Origin: Parcubacteria group bacterium GW2011_GWA2_43_11
Lineage (GTDB): Bacteria > Patescibacteriota > Minisyncoccia > Phycocordibacterales > UBA12088
NCBI GenBank assembly: GCA_000998805.1
Contig: LCFC01000006.1
Span: 24,999 to 79,928 of the forward strand
DNA: 54,930 bases
Direction of reading: 5' to 3'
The notes under the pieces were generated by a model. The model was not told the DNA's origin. It saw nothing but the letters and a program-made list of their open reading frames with translations, and made no database searches. Below, one piece after another: positions 46,477-54,930 of this stretch. The position numbers and the translations under genes are program-made. Within the stretch, counting starts at the first letter, position 1, and the number at the start of each line of letters is the position of its first letter.

Positions 46477-47688
46477 ATGTCGAACACTACACACACGGGA
46501 CATCCAAGAATATACCTTGATAATGGAGCAAGTACTGCGGTTGATTCTCGTGTTGTGGCCACGATGCAGCCTTACTGGAGTGAACACATTGGAAATGCGG
46601 GCTCACTCCACCTTGAGGGACGATATGCAAAAAACATCCTTGCTGAGGCACGGAGCTCTGTAGCAAAAAGCCTGCATGCGATAGATGAACAGGTTGTTTT
46701 TACGAGTGGTGGTACGGAGTCCAATAATCTTGCTGTTTTTGGAGTAATAGAGAAATGCCTAGAGCTTGGGAAAAAACCAGAAGAATTGCACATCATTACC
46801 AGTGCTGTTGAGCACAATTCTGTAACTGATTGTTATGCTCATTTTGAAAGAAAAGGTATTCGGGTAACGTATATACCTGTAGATACCGAAGGTAGGGTTG
46901 ATGTGCAAAAATTTGAGTCAGCGTTTACGAAAGACACTGTACTTGTGTCGTGTATGTACGTAAATAATGAGATAGGTACCATAGAGCACATCAAGGAGTT
47001 GTCGGGTATTGTACGGCAAGTAAGAAAAAAGAATAACGCGGCGGTGTATCCTCTATTTCACACGGATGCAAGTCAGTCGCCTGCATGGGTTACGGTTAAT
47101 GTGCAGAAGCTTGGTGTAGACCTACTAACTTTAGACAGTCAAAAAATATACGGACCTAAAGGAGCAGGGTGTCTCTTTGTACGTGACAGAGAATATATTA
47201 CTCCGATGTTGTTTGGAGGAGGACAGGAGTTTGGATTACGACCTGGGACACCTCCGATACCTCTTATTGTTGGATTTGCAAAAGCGCTTGAACTGGTGGA
47301 AGAGGAACGTGAGACATACGTCAAAGAAGTTGCAGAGCTTAGAGATTGGTTAATTGCATATATTTTTAAAAATTTGGACGGTGTGGTGTTGAATGGATCT
47401 ATGGGGGAAGGGAGGATTGCTGGTAATATAAACGTATCATTTCCAAATGTAGATGATGAACAGTTAGTTATAGAAATGGACGCTCGAGGAGTGGCAGTGA
47501 GCGCAAAAAGTGCCTGTCTTTCAGGCGATTCGGAAGGGAGTCGTGTAGTGAAGGCACTTCATAATGGGAGTCCAAAAAACTCAGGTGCAATACGGTTTTC
47601 GTTGAGCAGGTTTACGACGAAAAGTGAGATTGAAATATGCGCTTCAATTATTGTCGAAACAGTTACGTGGCTACAAACATCCCACTAG
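46477..47688 (+). CDS. Cysteine desulfurase (class V aminotransferase, NifS/IscS-like)
   Basis: FTSGGTESNN, HTDASQ, the SQKIYGPKG PLP-lysine region, and SAKSACLSG (active-site Cys). Confidence 0.88.
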   Translation: MSNTTHTGHPRIYLDNGASTAVDSRVVATMQPYWSEHIGNAGSLHLEGRYAKNILAEARSSVAKSLHAIDEQVVFTSGGTESNNLAVFGVIEKCLELGKKPEELHIITSAVEHNSVTDCYAHFERKGIRVTYIPVDTEGRVDVQKFESAFTKDTVLVSCMYVNNEIGTIEHIKELSGIVRQVRKKNNAAVYPLFHTDASQSPAWVTVNVQKLGVDLLTLDSQKIYGPKGAGCLFVRDREYITPMLFGGGQEFGLRPGTPPIPLIVGFAKALELVEEERETYVKEVAELRDWLIAYIFKNLDGVVLNGSMGEGRIAGNINVSFPNVDDEQLVIEMDARGVAVSAKSACLSGDSEGSRVVKALHNGSPKNSGAIRFSLSRFTTKSEIEICASIIVETVTWLQTSH

Positions 47689-47715
47689 TATTTTTTAGGT
47701 TATATGGTATAATAT

Positions 47716-50418
47716 ATGAATATGGTCCCGTTTCAAAATTTCACACCCAAAGCAAAAGAGGCTATTCGTCGTTCACACGAACTGGCTGTTGAGCGTGGTC
47801 AAAATCATGTAAATCCTTTACATCTCCTTGCTGCACTTGTGCTTCAGGAGGAAGGTATGATTTTCTCATTGCTTGAGCGACTTAACGTAGACGTTATTAG
47901 TCTGACAGATAGTATTCTTGATGCACTAGAGTCACCGGAGAACGCGTCGGTGCTTTCACCTTCGTACCAACTCTACCTCACTCCAGAGCTTGCACAGGTT
48001 TTAGAAAATGGTGCAAAAGTAGCTAGCTCTCTCAATGACCAGTTTGTCGGAACCGAACATTTGTTTATTGCAATATTGGATACACCAGGGCCCGCGAAGG
48101 ACGTGCTGTCAAAATATCAATTCGACCGAGAGACCGTACTATCCGCACTTTCTGAAGCTAGAGATACAGAAGGAAAAGAAGGAGTGCAACCTCAGAAATC
48201 ACGTGCCCTCGCGAAGTACACACGTTCACTCACGACCCTTGCTACAGAAAACAAACTAGACCCAGTAATTGGACGAGAAAATGAGATTACACGAATTATT
48301 CAAATAATTTCACGACGAACAAAAAACAATCCAATCCTTATCGGAGAAGCGGGAGTGGGTAAGACCGCTATTGCAGAAGGTCTTGCTGTGCGTATGGCTG
48401 CCGGTGATGTACCTGAAAGTCTCCGTGGAAAGGATTTGGTTTCACTTGACCTTGGTATGCTGGTAGCAGGTACAAAGTATCGCGGTGAGTTTGAAGAGCG
48501 TCTAAAGGCGGTGATGCGAGAAATAGAACGTTCTTCAGGTAATATTATTCTTTTCATAGATGAGATTCACACGATTATTGGAGCCGGTGCAGCCGAAGGT
48601 TCTATTGATGCTGCAAACATGTTGAAGCCAGCGCTTGCACGAGGTGAGCTGAGGGTTATTGGTGCTACGACCACAAAGGAGTATCAGAAGCATTTTGAAA
48701 AAGATGCAGCACTGACTCGACGTTTCCAACCTGTTCGGGTAAATGAGCCATCTATTGATGATGGTGTAGCTATTCTTCGAGGATTGCGAGAACGGTACGA
48801 GGTGTATCATGGGGTGCGGGTGACCGATGATGCTATTGTGGCAGCCGTCAACCTTTCAGCTCGATATTTGACCGATAGATACCTTCCTGACAAGGCGATA
48901 GACCTTATTGATGAAGCAGCTTCAGCACTCCGTATCTCGCTTGAGAACAAACCTCCAGTTCTAGAAGAAGCACATCGAAAAATCATGCGACTTGAGGTTG
49001 AGCGAGAAGCTTTGAAAAAAGACTCCGAAACAGCGTCATCTGTGACTAATCGCAAGGCCAAAGATAGAATTATAGAAATTGACAAAAAGATAGTTGAACT
49101 GCGTGAACAAACTCGCGAAATCGAAATCAAGTGGACAAATGAAAAAGACACACTGGGTGAAATTAAGCATATTAAAAAAGAGTTGGAGCAGAAACGTGTA
49201 GAAGCAGATAGTGCTGAAGCTGTTGCTGACCTGAGTAAAGCCGCTGAGATACGATACGGTACTATTCCTGCACTTGAGAAAGGCTTGGACGAGAGCGTGA
49301 AGCGCATGAAGAAGCTACAGAAGAAACGCAGTATTTTGAAAGAAGAAATTACCGAGGCAGAAATAGCAGACGTTGTATCTCGATGGACCAGTATTCCTGT
49401 GGCACGCATGCTAGAAGAGGAGGCCGATAAGCTCTCTCGTATGGAACAAGCAATAGAGAAGCGAGTTATTGGGCAAAAAGATGCTGTACTCAAAATTGCA
49501 GACGCAGTGCGTCGCTCTCGTACCGGTATTGCTGATCCAAATAGACCCATAGGTTCGTTTCTCCTCCTTGGACCTACCGGAGTTGGAAAGACAGAATTGA
49601 GCAAAGCACTTGCGGAGTTTATGTTTGATGACGAGAATGCTCTTATACGTGTCGATATGAGTGAATACATGGAACGCCATTCCGTTTCGAAAATTATCGG
49701 CGCTCCGGCAGGGTATGTGGGTTACGAAGAAGGAGGGAATCTTACTGAAACGGTACGACATAGACCATACTCAGTACTTCTCTTTGACGAAGTAGAGAAG
49801 GCACACCCCGAAGTGTTTAATATTCTCTTGCAGGTACTCGATAATGGACATTTGACTGATGCTAAGGGTAGAAAAGTGAATTTTAAAAACACCATTATTA
49901 TTCTTACGTCAAATATTGGTGCTCAGTATATTGATCGAATGAGTCGTATGGGCTTCAACATAGACACGACAGAGGTGGGTGATTATGAACATGCCAAGAG
50001 TAAGGTCATGGATTCACTGAAGGATTTCTTTAGACCGGAGTTCTTGAACAGGCTTGATGACATTATCCTCTTCAATATTCTTACACCTGAAGTGGTGAGC
50101 GAGATAGCCAAGCTTCAAATAAATATTGTGGTGAAGCGTCTAGCACAAAAAGAAATTAACTTGTCGGTAGGGAAGGATGTACTGGAATGGCTCGCAAAAG
50201 AAGGGTATGACCCGCACTACGGTGCTCGACCTATGAAGCGTTTGATTCAGAACAAAATCCTTACGCCAGTAGCGTCTATGATAGTGACGAATGGTGTGCG
50301 AGAGGGTGGTGCTATTGCAGTGAGTATGAAAAATACCGAAGTGGTGTTTGATGTGAAAAAAGGACGAGGAAAAGCAAAAAAAAGCTCAGTGCGACCATAT
50401 AAAAACGTAGAAGCATAA
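47716..50418 (+). CDS. clpB: Chaperone ClpB
   Basis: Two AAA+ modules (GEAGVGKTA and GPTGVGKTE) separated by a long coiled-coil M-domain. About 900 aa. Confidence 0.95.
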   Translation: MNMVPFQNFTPKAKEAIRRSHELAVERGQNHVNPLHLLAALVLQEEGMIFSLLERLNVDVISLTDSILDALESPENASVLSPSYQLYLTPELAQVLENGAKVASSLNDQFVGTEHLFIAILDTPGPAKDVLSKYQFDRETVLSALSEARDTEGKEGVQPQKSRALAKYTRSLTTLATENKLDPVIGRENEITRIIQIISRRTKNNPILIGEAGVGKTAIAEGLAVRMAAGDVPESLRGKDLVSLDLGMLVAGTKYRGEFEERLKAVMREIERSSGNIILFIDEIHTIIGAGAAEGSIDAANMLKPALARGELRVIGATTTKEYQKHFEKDAALTRRFQPVRVNEPSIDDGVAILRGLRERYEVYHGVRVTDDAIVAAVNLSARYLTDRYLPDKAIDLIDEAASALRISLENKPPVLEEAHRKIMRLEVEREALKKDSETASSVTNRKAKDRIIEIDKKIVELREQTREIEIKWTNEKDTLGEIKHIKKELEQKRVEADSAEAVADLSKAAEIRYGTIPALEKGLDESVKRMKKLQKKRSILKEEITEAEIADVVSRWTSIPVARMLEEEADKLSRMEQAIEKRVIGQKDAVLKIADAVRRSRTGIADPNRPIGSFLLLGPTGVGKTELSKALAEFMFDDENALIRVDMSEYMERHSVSKIIGAPAGYVGYEEGGNLTETVRHRPYSVLLFDEVEKAHPEVFNILLQVLDNGHLTDAKGRKVNFKNTIIILTSNIGAQYIDRMSRMGFNIDTTEVGDYEHAKSKVMDSLKDFFRPEFLNRLDDIILFNILTPEVVSEIAKLQINIVVKRLAQKEINLSVGKDVLEWLAKEGYDPHYGARPMKRLIQNKILTPVASMIVTNGVREGGAIAVSMKNTEVVFDVKKGRGKAKKSSVRPYKNVEA

Positions 50419-50490
50419 TAAACAGCCGGTCATCACAACATGATCGGCTGTTTCGTTAATTAACACGTTTAACAAACCCTCAGGCTAGTA

Positions 50491-51312
50491 TCATTGCTCA
50501 GCCAATTTGAGGACGGCTTCAATTTCTTTATCTGTAAGGTTTCCTGAAGATACATAATCGATAACCTTCATATCCTTCAAATCCTTTAGAGTTCCCATTT
50601 TTTTAATTCCGCTTAAGAATAGTAATTTCACAGCAGGGTCTATGTCTGGATTTAAATTTACTTTGATAAACAAAGTTCCCATATTGGTCTTAGCAACTTC
50701 AGCATGCTGAGTTGCAATGTTTTCTTTAGAATACATTGTTTTTGTTTGTAAGTTTGCACCTTCAGCATCGTTTGTGTGTCCAAGTACAGCCATACCTCCA
50801 ATAGTAATAGCTACCCACAGGCCTACAGTTTTTGCAAGCTTAGAACCTTGCATTTTTCTGGTCAGGGACATCAGAAATCCTTTAACTTCTCCCTCATCAC
50901 CATCTTGTAAAACTTCAGCAAGTTTTGGATTCTCTTCCTCAAGTAGTACAAGAGTGTTGGGTATATCAAGCGTTTCGTTGCACACTTCAGTTAGAGCAAT
51001 ATCAGCGATTTCCGTATTGACCCCCAATGCACTTTCAATAGCATCTAACTGCGCTTCCCACTCAAGCAGTTCTTTTATTTTCTCCTCTCTCTCCTCAGGA
51101 CTTGCATTCTCAACCGCAAGGTTAAGTTCATGCAAAGTTCTTTCTTTTCGAGTAATATCAGAAGAGTTATTTTCAGAGGCAGTTTCTGTGGGATGAATAG
51201 TATACTTTTCTAGTAAGTCAGCATAATCAGTTCCTTCTGTAGGCTTTTGAACAGTGGTATTTTCAGCTTGCGGAAGAGCATTTTCGTTTCTTGAGAACAT
51301 TTTTTCATTCAT
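50491..51312 (-). CDS. Hypothetical acidic protein with one central TM segment
   Basis: Long ORF. TM is GLWVAITIGGMAVLG. Shares hairpin aaacagccg..cggctgttt with clpB as a terminator. Confidence 0.5.
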   Translation of the reverse strand: MNEKMFSRNENALPQAENTTVQKPTEGTDYADLLEKYTIHPTETASENNSSDITRKERTLHELNLAVENASPEEREEKIKELLEWEAQLDAIESALGVNTEIADIALTEVCNETLDIPNTLVLLEEENPKLAEVLQDGDEGEVKGFLMSLTRKMQGSKLAKTVGLWVAITIGGMAVLGHTNDAEGANLQTKTMYSKENIATQHAEVAKTNMGTLFIKVNLNPDIDPAVKLLFLSGIKKMGTLKDLKDMKVIDYVSSGNLTDKEIEAVLKLAEQ

Positions 51313-51515
51313 ATGGGTTTACGTTTAATTCATGTTTACTATACAACAAGACAAGATCTCGGCAAATCTAAACGTAGGATTACCTTATGTAGAAAGACGA
51401 CGATACGGTACAAAACGTAGAAGCATAAAATAAACAGGTTATAACAAAACATCCGTCAGTCTGTGAGGACTGACGGATGTCGGCAGGAAAGAATTTTGGC
51501 AAGAGGTTGTAAAAA

Positions 51516-51833
51516 TTATCGTGTGGTTTTCTCAACAGTCCCATGTGGGGGGGTATGTCTTTCGCCACAGTGCGGACAGGCTGAATGGGGGTTTCTACTG
51601 TCAGCAACAGAAATGTTGGTTCTCAAATTTCTTCCCGTAGGAACCCCTTCGATGTCGTATTTTTGGTAGCCGGTCTTGATGCCACCAATAACCTTCAGAT
51701 CATCATCGGTCACACGTTCCGTCAAATCCACAACAACATGCTGTTGTGTGATAAAAATCCGCATGACCTTGTCCTTACATCTGCCAATCATGTTAATCAA
51801 CTGCCCTATCAAATGTCGTTTCTGGGTTTTCAT
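51516..51833 (-). CDS. Hypothetical protein (105 aa) with a CPHCGERH motif
   Basis: aaggag RBS before the ATG. Hairpin catccgtcagtc..gactgacggatg downstream. Confidence 0.55.
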   Translation of the reverse strand: MKTQKRHLIGQLINMIGRCKDKVMRIFITQQHVVVDLTERVTDDDLKVIGGIKTGYQKYDIEGVPTGRNLRTNISVADSRNPHSACPHCGERHTPPHGTVEKTTR

Positions 51834-51993
51834 CCTTATTCTCCTTGAAGGTACTGCTTTGCAACGTTTAACAACGGCGAATGTTCAAATAGTATTTAAA
51901 CATGTAGATACTATTTGTCAACAACGAATCACGTCTTAAATAGGGAACAGCCGGTTGTTAGTACCGGCTGTGCGAAAAGAACGGATTGCTACC

Positions 51994-52266
51994 TCATTCC
52001 TCGAACTTTGAGAAAAATACGGAAGCCACATTTTGTTCCTCTCTGTGTTCGTCAAGAAAGTGCAAATATGTCGCCCCCTTATGGTAGGAAATACCGAGGA
52101 GTGTAAAAGGACCTTGTCCGTAATCGTTTTGAAATATCTGAAGCATAATGCGAGAACTTACAAGTTCCGAATTTGGGTTCTTCCAGCTGATTTTTTCTCC
52201 CACAAGTACGCGTTTGATTGTTCCGTCTTCTTGTGTGAGTTCTGCCTTTTGTTCTATATGTGTCAC
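51994..52266 (-). CDS. Hypothetical protein (90 aa)
   Basis: aaggagg RBS 6 nt before the GTG. Hairpin acagccgg..ccggctgt downstream. Confidence 0.5.
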   Translation of the reverse strand: MTHIEQKAELTQEDGTIKRVLVGEKISWKNPNSELVSSRIMLQIFQNDYGQGPFTLLGISYHKGATYLHFLDEHREEQNVASVFFSKFEE

Positions 52267-52693
52267 GACACACCTCCTTTGGTAGGTTACATATTGATTT
52301 ATGAATACTCTAATATATTTCGTCTATTTGTCAAGGATTACGGATTATATGTGGCAAATTATGTCTTGTATAACAAAAAGAGCCTACAGAATAGACTCTT
52401 TTTGGTTTGTGTGGGTGGGCTTTGTCCCAGAGTTGCGGGAGAGATTTGGTCCAAGTCACTAAGTATTTTCTACGTACTACGTACTTGAAAAAACTAAGTA
52501 CTTGTATGCGCCGGTCGGGCTTTGTCCCAGAATCGTGGCTTTTTTATTTCGTACTTCATAAAAAAACTCACGTTCTTGGACGGCTTGGGAGGGATTTGCC
52601 CTCGAGTCACTAAATATTTTTTCTCGCTTCACTCGAAAAATATTAAGTGCTCGTCGGCACGGCTCAGCGCTCTCTCGTGCTTTGGCACGCGCG

Positions 52694-52800
52694 CTTCCGC
52701 CCGAGAATTGCGGATATGTTGCTCCAAGTATTCGCAACATATACTCGCATTCTTGGACGGCCACTCACTGTTGCTTCGCAACATGTTCCGTGGCTTGACC
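52694..52800 (-). repeat. X-W hairpin module, copy C
   Basis: Collinear with 43855-43950 (copy B) over about 95 nt. Substitutions in the stems are paired. Confidence 0.8.
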
Positions 52801-52876
52801 TAATTTTCAAGGAGAGTAGCGACTATGAAAATGGAAATACTCCTGTGGTGCAAATCCCTCCCGCAAGGTGTGCAAA

Positions 52877-53025
52877 CGCTGGGAGGGCTTTGGTCCAAGT
52901 CACTAAATATTTTGCTTCAAGTTTTCGCAAAATATTAAGTGCTTGCGACCCCGCCTCGCAGCCCCAATCTCCATTTCATTACGATTGGGGACCCGCTGCT
53001 CCGGCTTTCAAATCCCTCCCGGCGC
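52877..53025 (-). repeat. Foldback unit with tRNA-Tyr-derived termini
   Basis: Minus-sense 5' is GCGCCGGGAGGGATTTGAA. The 3' end is CAAAGCCCTCCCAGCGT, against CAAATCCCTCCCGGCGCA in the tRNA 3' end. Confidence 0.65.
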
Positions 53026-53074
53026 GACAAACAGCAACAGCCTGAAAGTTTTCACTTTCAGGCTGGCTGATTTG

Positions 53075-53158
53075 TGCGCCGGGAGGGATTTGAACCCCCG
53101 TAGGCATATAGCCGCTTGGTTTACAGCCAAGTGCGATTGACCACTCCGCCACCGACGC
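53075..53158 (-). tRNA. tRNA-Tyr (GTA)
   Basis: GCGTCGGTGGCGGAGTGGTCAATCGC, anticodon loop CTGTAAA, long variable arm, GGTTCAAATCC. Terminator cagcctgaaagt..actttcaggctg lies downstream. Confidence 0.85.
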
Positions 53159-53402
53159 ATTCCTCTACTATTTTCTTGAAAGCATTTCCACCCTTGTATT
53201 TCTTGATTTGCTTTTCTCTACTATATGCTTCTGCTTGGGTATTGTATATTTCAGTGCATAGTAACACAAATGGAGTTCTAAACTTTGTTGATTTATTGTA
53301 CCCACTGTTGTGTTGCTCTAGGCGTTTACGAACATCTTTTGAGCAACCAATGTAGTACCCTCCATCTTTTTTACTTTGTAAAATGTATACTGTCCAAGCC
53401 AT
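53121..53402 (-). CDS. GIY-YIG nuclease-family small protein
   Basis: VYILQSKKDGGYYIGCSKDVRKRLEQHN and AYSREKQIKKYKG are the GIY-YIG/URI signature. The last 38 nt overlap the tRNA-Tyr 5' part. Confidence 0.75.
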   Translation of the reverse strand: MAWTVYILQSKKDGGYYIGCSKDVRKRLEQHNSGYNKSTKFRTPFVLLCTEIYNTQAEAYSREKQIKKYKGGNAFKKIVEECVGGGVVNRTWL

Positions 53403-53514
53403 ATGCGATTGACTTCACCTTTACCCCGCAACTCTGCGGGGACCGACGCATAACACATGCAATATTAACACCATTTACTTGTCAATGGAAATAGGTACCT
53501 GGTATGCTTACCGT

Positions 53515-54450
53515 ATGAAATTCATATCAAAGGTTTTATTTTTTCTGCTATTTTTTGGAGTCTTTGCTGGTTTTATAACTGATCCCATTCATGCAGGACT
53601 TGTGCCGTGTGGTACGAGCGATAGGGTGTCTGGTGGCTTTCTTGAGGGTGAGTGTAGTTTCTGTGATTTACAGGTATTGGCCTTAAACATCTTGAATTTC
53701 TTGGTACTGATATCTGCTGTGGTGGCTGCACTCCTCTTTTTAAACGCTGGCTTTTTGTATATTACCTCTTCGGCAAATCCCGGAAACATTTCGAGAGCAC
53801 ACAAAATTTTTGGCAATACACTTGTGGGGATGATAATTATTTTTGCTGCATGGCTCATTGTTAGTCAGATAATGATAATACTCTACAAAGGTAGCCCTCT
53901 TTCAAGTATGGGAGATTGGAACACTATTTTGGATGGTTGCCAAAATGCGACCCCTACTAATCCCCCTACAAATCCTCCAACCAACCCACCTACTAATCCA
54001 CCTACAAATCCTCCAACTAATCCACCTACAAATCCCCCTGCGGAAGGAACGCTTTCTGACGCGGAGGCCCGGTCAGAGATAGACCCCTACTACAATGTGT
54101 GGGAGTCTGCTCCAGGTGCAACTTCATTTGAAGGGGTTCAGCAATCTACAATAGATGGGGCCATTGCCATTGCAGAACAGTCAGGAATACCAAAATCCGA
54201 ACTTACGATTACTGGAGCGGTTGATTCAGGTGGTGTACATGCTCCTGGTGAAATATCACATGGTACTGGATACAAACTTGATTTTGAAGACACCGCGTCT
54301 TTAAATAACTATTTTCAAAGTAGTGGTGATTTTGTTCGTGATGGATCAGTTAATGGGTATCCGAGGTATACTGGAACAATAAATGGTCAGCAAATAGTGG
54401 CAGTTTATGAAAACAGGACAAACACACATTGGGATGTTACTTTTTATTAA
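53515..54450 (+). CDS. Pilin-like (LVPCG-type T4SS_pilin) N-terminal domain fused by a PTNP-repeat linker to a putative LAS/M15-like peptidase domain
   Basis: Signal/TM, GLVPCGT...CSFCDL, two TM helices around SSANPGNISRAHK, then (PTNP)x7. The C-terminal part has SHGTGYKLD (H-x6-D) and THWD. Confidence 0.7.
   Translation: MKFISKVLFFLLFFGVFAGFITDPIHAGLVPCGTSDRVSGGFLEGECSFCDLQVLALNILNFLVLISAVVAALLFLNAGFLYITSSANPGNISRAHKIFGNTLVGMIIIFAAWLIVSQIMIILYKGSPLSSMGDWNTILDGCQNATPTNPPTNPPTNPPTNPPTNPPTNPPTNPPAEGTLSDAEARSEIDPYYNVWESAPGATSFEGVQQSTIDGAIAIAEQSGIPKSELTITGAVDSGGVHAPGEISHGTGYKLDFEDTASLNNYFQSSGDFVRDGSVNGYPRYTGTINGQQIVAVYENRTNTHWDVTFY
53952..54039 (+). repeat. 12-nt-period coding repeat (PTNP)n
   Basis: cctac(a/t)aatcc(n) is reiterated about 7 times. 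Confidence 0.85.
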
Positions 54451-54484
54451 TTATTTATTATTAATTATTAATTATCATATTAAG

Positions 54485-54930
54485 ATGACAAAAAAATTAA
54501 AAGGTATTCTTTTTCTTGCTTTCATAATAATGTTGGGAGTTGCTACTACGGATAGAGTAGAAGCTGCTACTGTTTCTCAGATATCTAGTGTTCCCGCTCT
54601 CAGCGATGAAACCGCGACATATATTTTTAATTCAGATTCCGAAGGTACCATTGTATACAGCGGTAACTGCGGTACTGCTGACAAGACTGTTGCAGTAGTT
54701 GGACAAAACAAGGTTACGTGGACGTTAGCTAACGGAGTGTATTCAAACTGCACCGTAACTGTAAGAAACGGTAGCACTAATTCTAATACACTTGCTGTTC
54801 CTTCATTTGAATCAACATCCAAGTATCCTGTTGTTTTTGTACATGGTTGGATGGGTAACTCTTCTGCATGGTCTAGCGCTAAGTCATACTTGGTAAATAA
54901 AGGTTGGAAATCTGAATTATTAGTAGCAAA
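54485..54930 (+). CDS. Secreted alpha/beta-hydrolase (lipase-like), 3' end outside window; not in the supplied ORF track
   Basis: I translated 148 codons from the ATG at 54485 to the window edge without a stop. Signal peptide MTKKLKGILFLAFIIMLGVATTDRVEA. YPVVFVHGWMGNSSAW resembles the lipase PVVLVHG..G motif. Confidence 0.6.
   Translation, partial: MTKKLKGILFLAFIIMLGVATTDRVEAATVSQISSVPALSDETATYIFNSDSEGTIVYSGNCGTADKTVAVVGQNKVTWTLANGVYSNCTVTVRNGSTNSNTLAVPSFESTSKYPVVFVHGWMGNSSAWSSAKSYLVNKGWKSELLVA

Noticed and set aside
1-54930. Alternative genetic code (UGA recoding, as in some CPR lineages)
   Set aside because: Conserved genes are full length under the standard code. TGA terminates well-delimited genes followed by hairpins, for example gyrA at 36327-36329 and the ORF ending at 43241.

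Overview
This is a 54.9-kb stretch of a low-GC bacterial chromosome with short genes. The gene content looks like a CPR/Patescibacteria (Parcubacteria-type) genome: class I aldolase, short IF-2, many small two-TM pilin-like proteins, orphan solute-binding proteins, and tRNAs without encoded CCA. That placement is an inference, not a search result. Standard genetic code.

The core genes are purA-like, ssrA (tmRNA) with a damaged smpB, fba, nth, a mutY-like gene, secG, groES/groEL, lemA and htpX, dedA, rnpB, rpsA, gyrA, rbfA-infB, a cysteine desulfurase and clpB. There are six tRNAs: Ser-GGA, Leu-TAG, Lys-CTT, Leu-TAA, Cys-GCA and Tyr-GTA.

The left 10 kb is accessory. A 4.1-kb insertion is bounded by 187-bp direct repeats of the purA 3' end and carries a DUF3800 gene, a partner gene and a SWIM-finger gene. 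It is followed by orphan genes, gene remnants and dinD, up to the tmRNA 3' end.

The most unusual signal is non-coding. Downstream of the tmRNA and of four of the six tRNA genes lie hairpins and tandem 130-230-nt foldback units. The two ends of each unit copy the acceptor and T-arm strands of the neighbouring tRNA. Their interiors share hairpin modules that show compensatory base changes between copies. One such array flanks a GC-rich orphan gene that has its own promoter, structured leader and terminator.

Other notable items:
- two further families of intergenic palindromic repeats
- an array of five pilin-like paralogues
- a pilin-like protein fused to a PTNP linker and a putative peptidase domain, next to a secreted lipase-like gene
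- a GC-rich esterase islet beside tRNA-Ser
- two adjacent disrupted genes
- a GIY-YIG gene overlapping tRNA-Tyr

All coordinates and alignments were made by eye from the sequence. No database or folding program was run.
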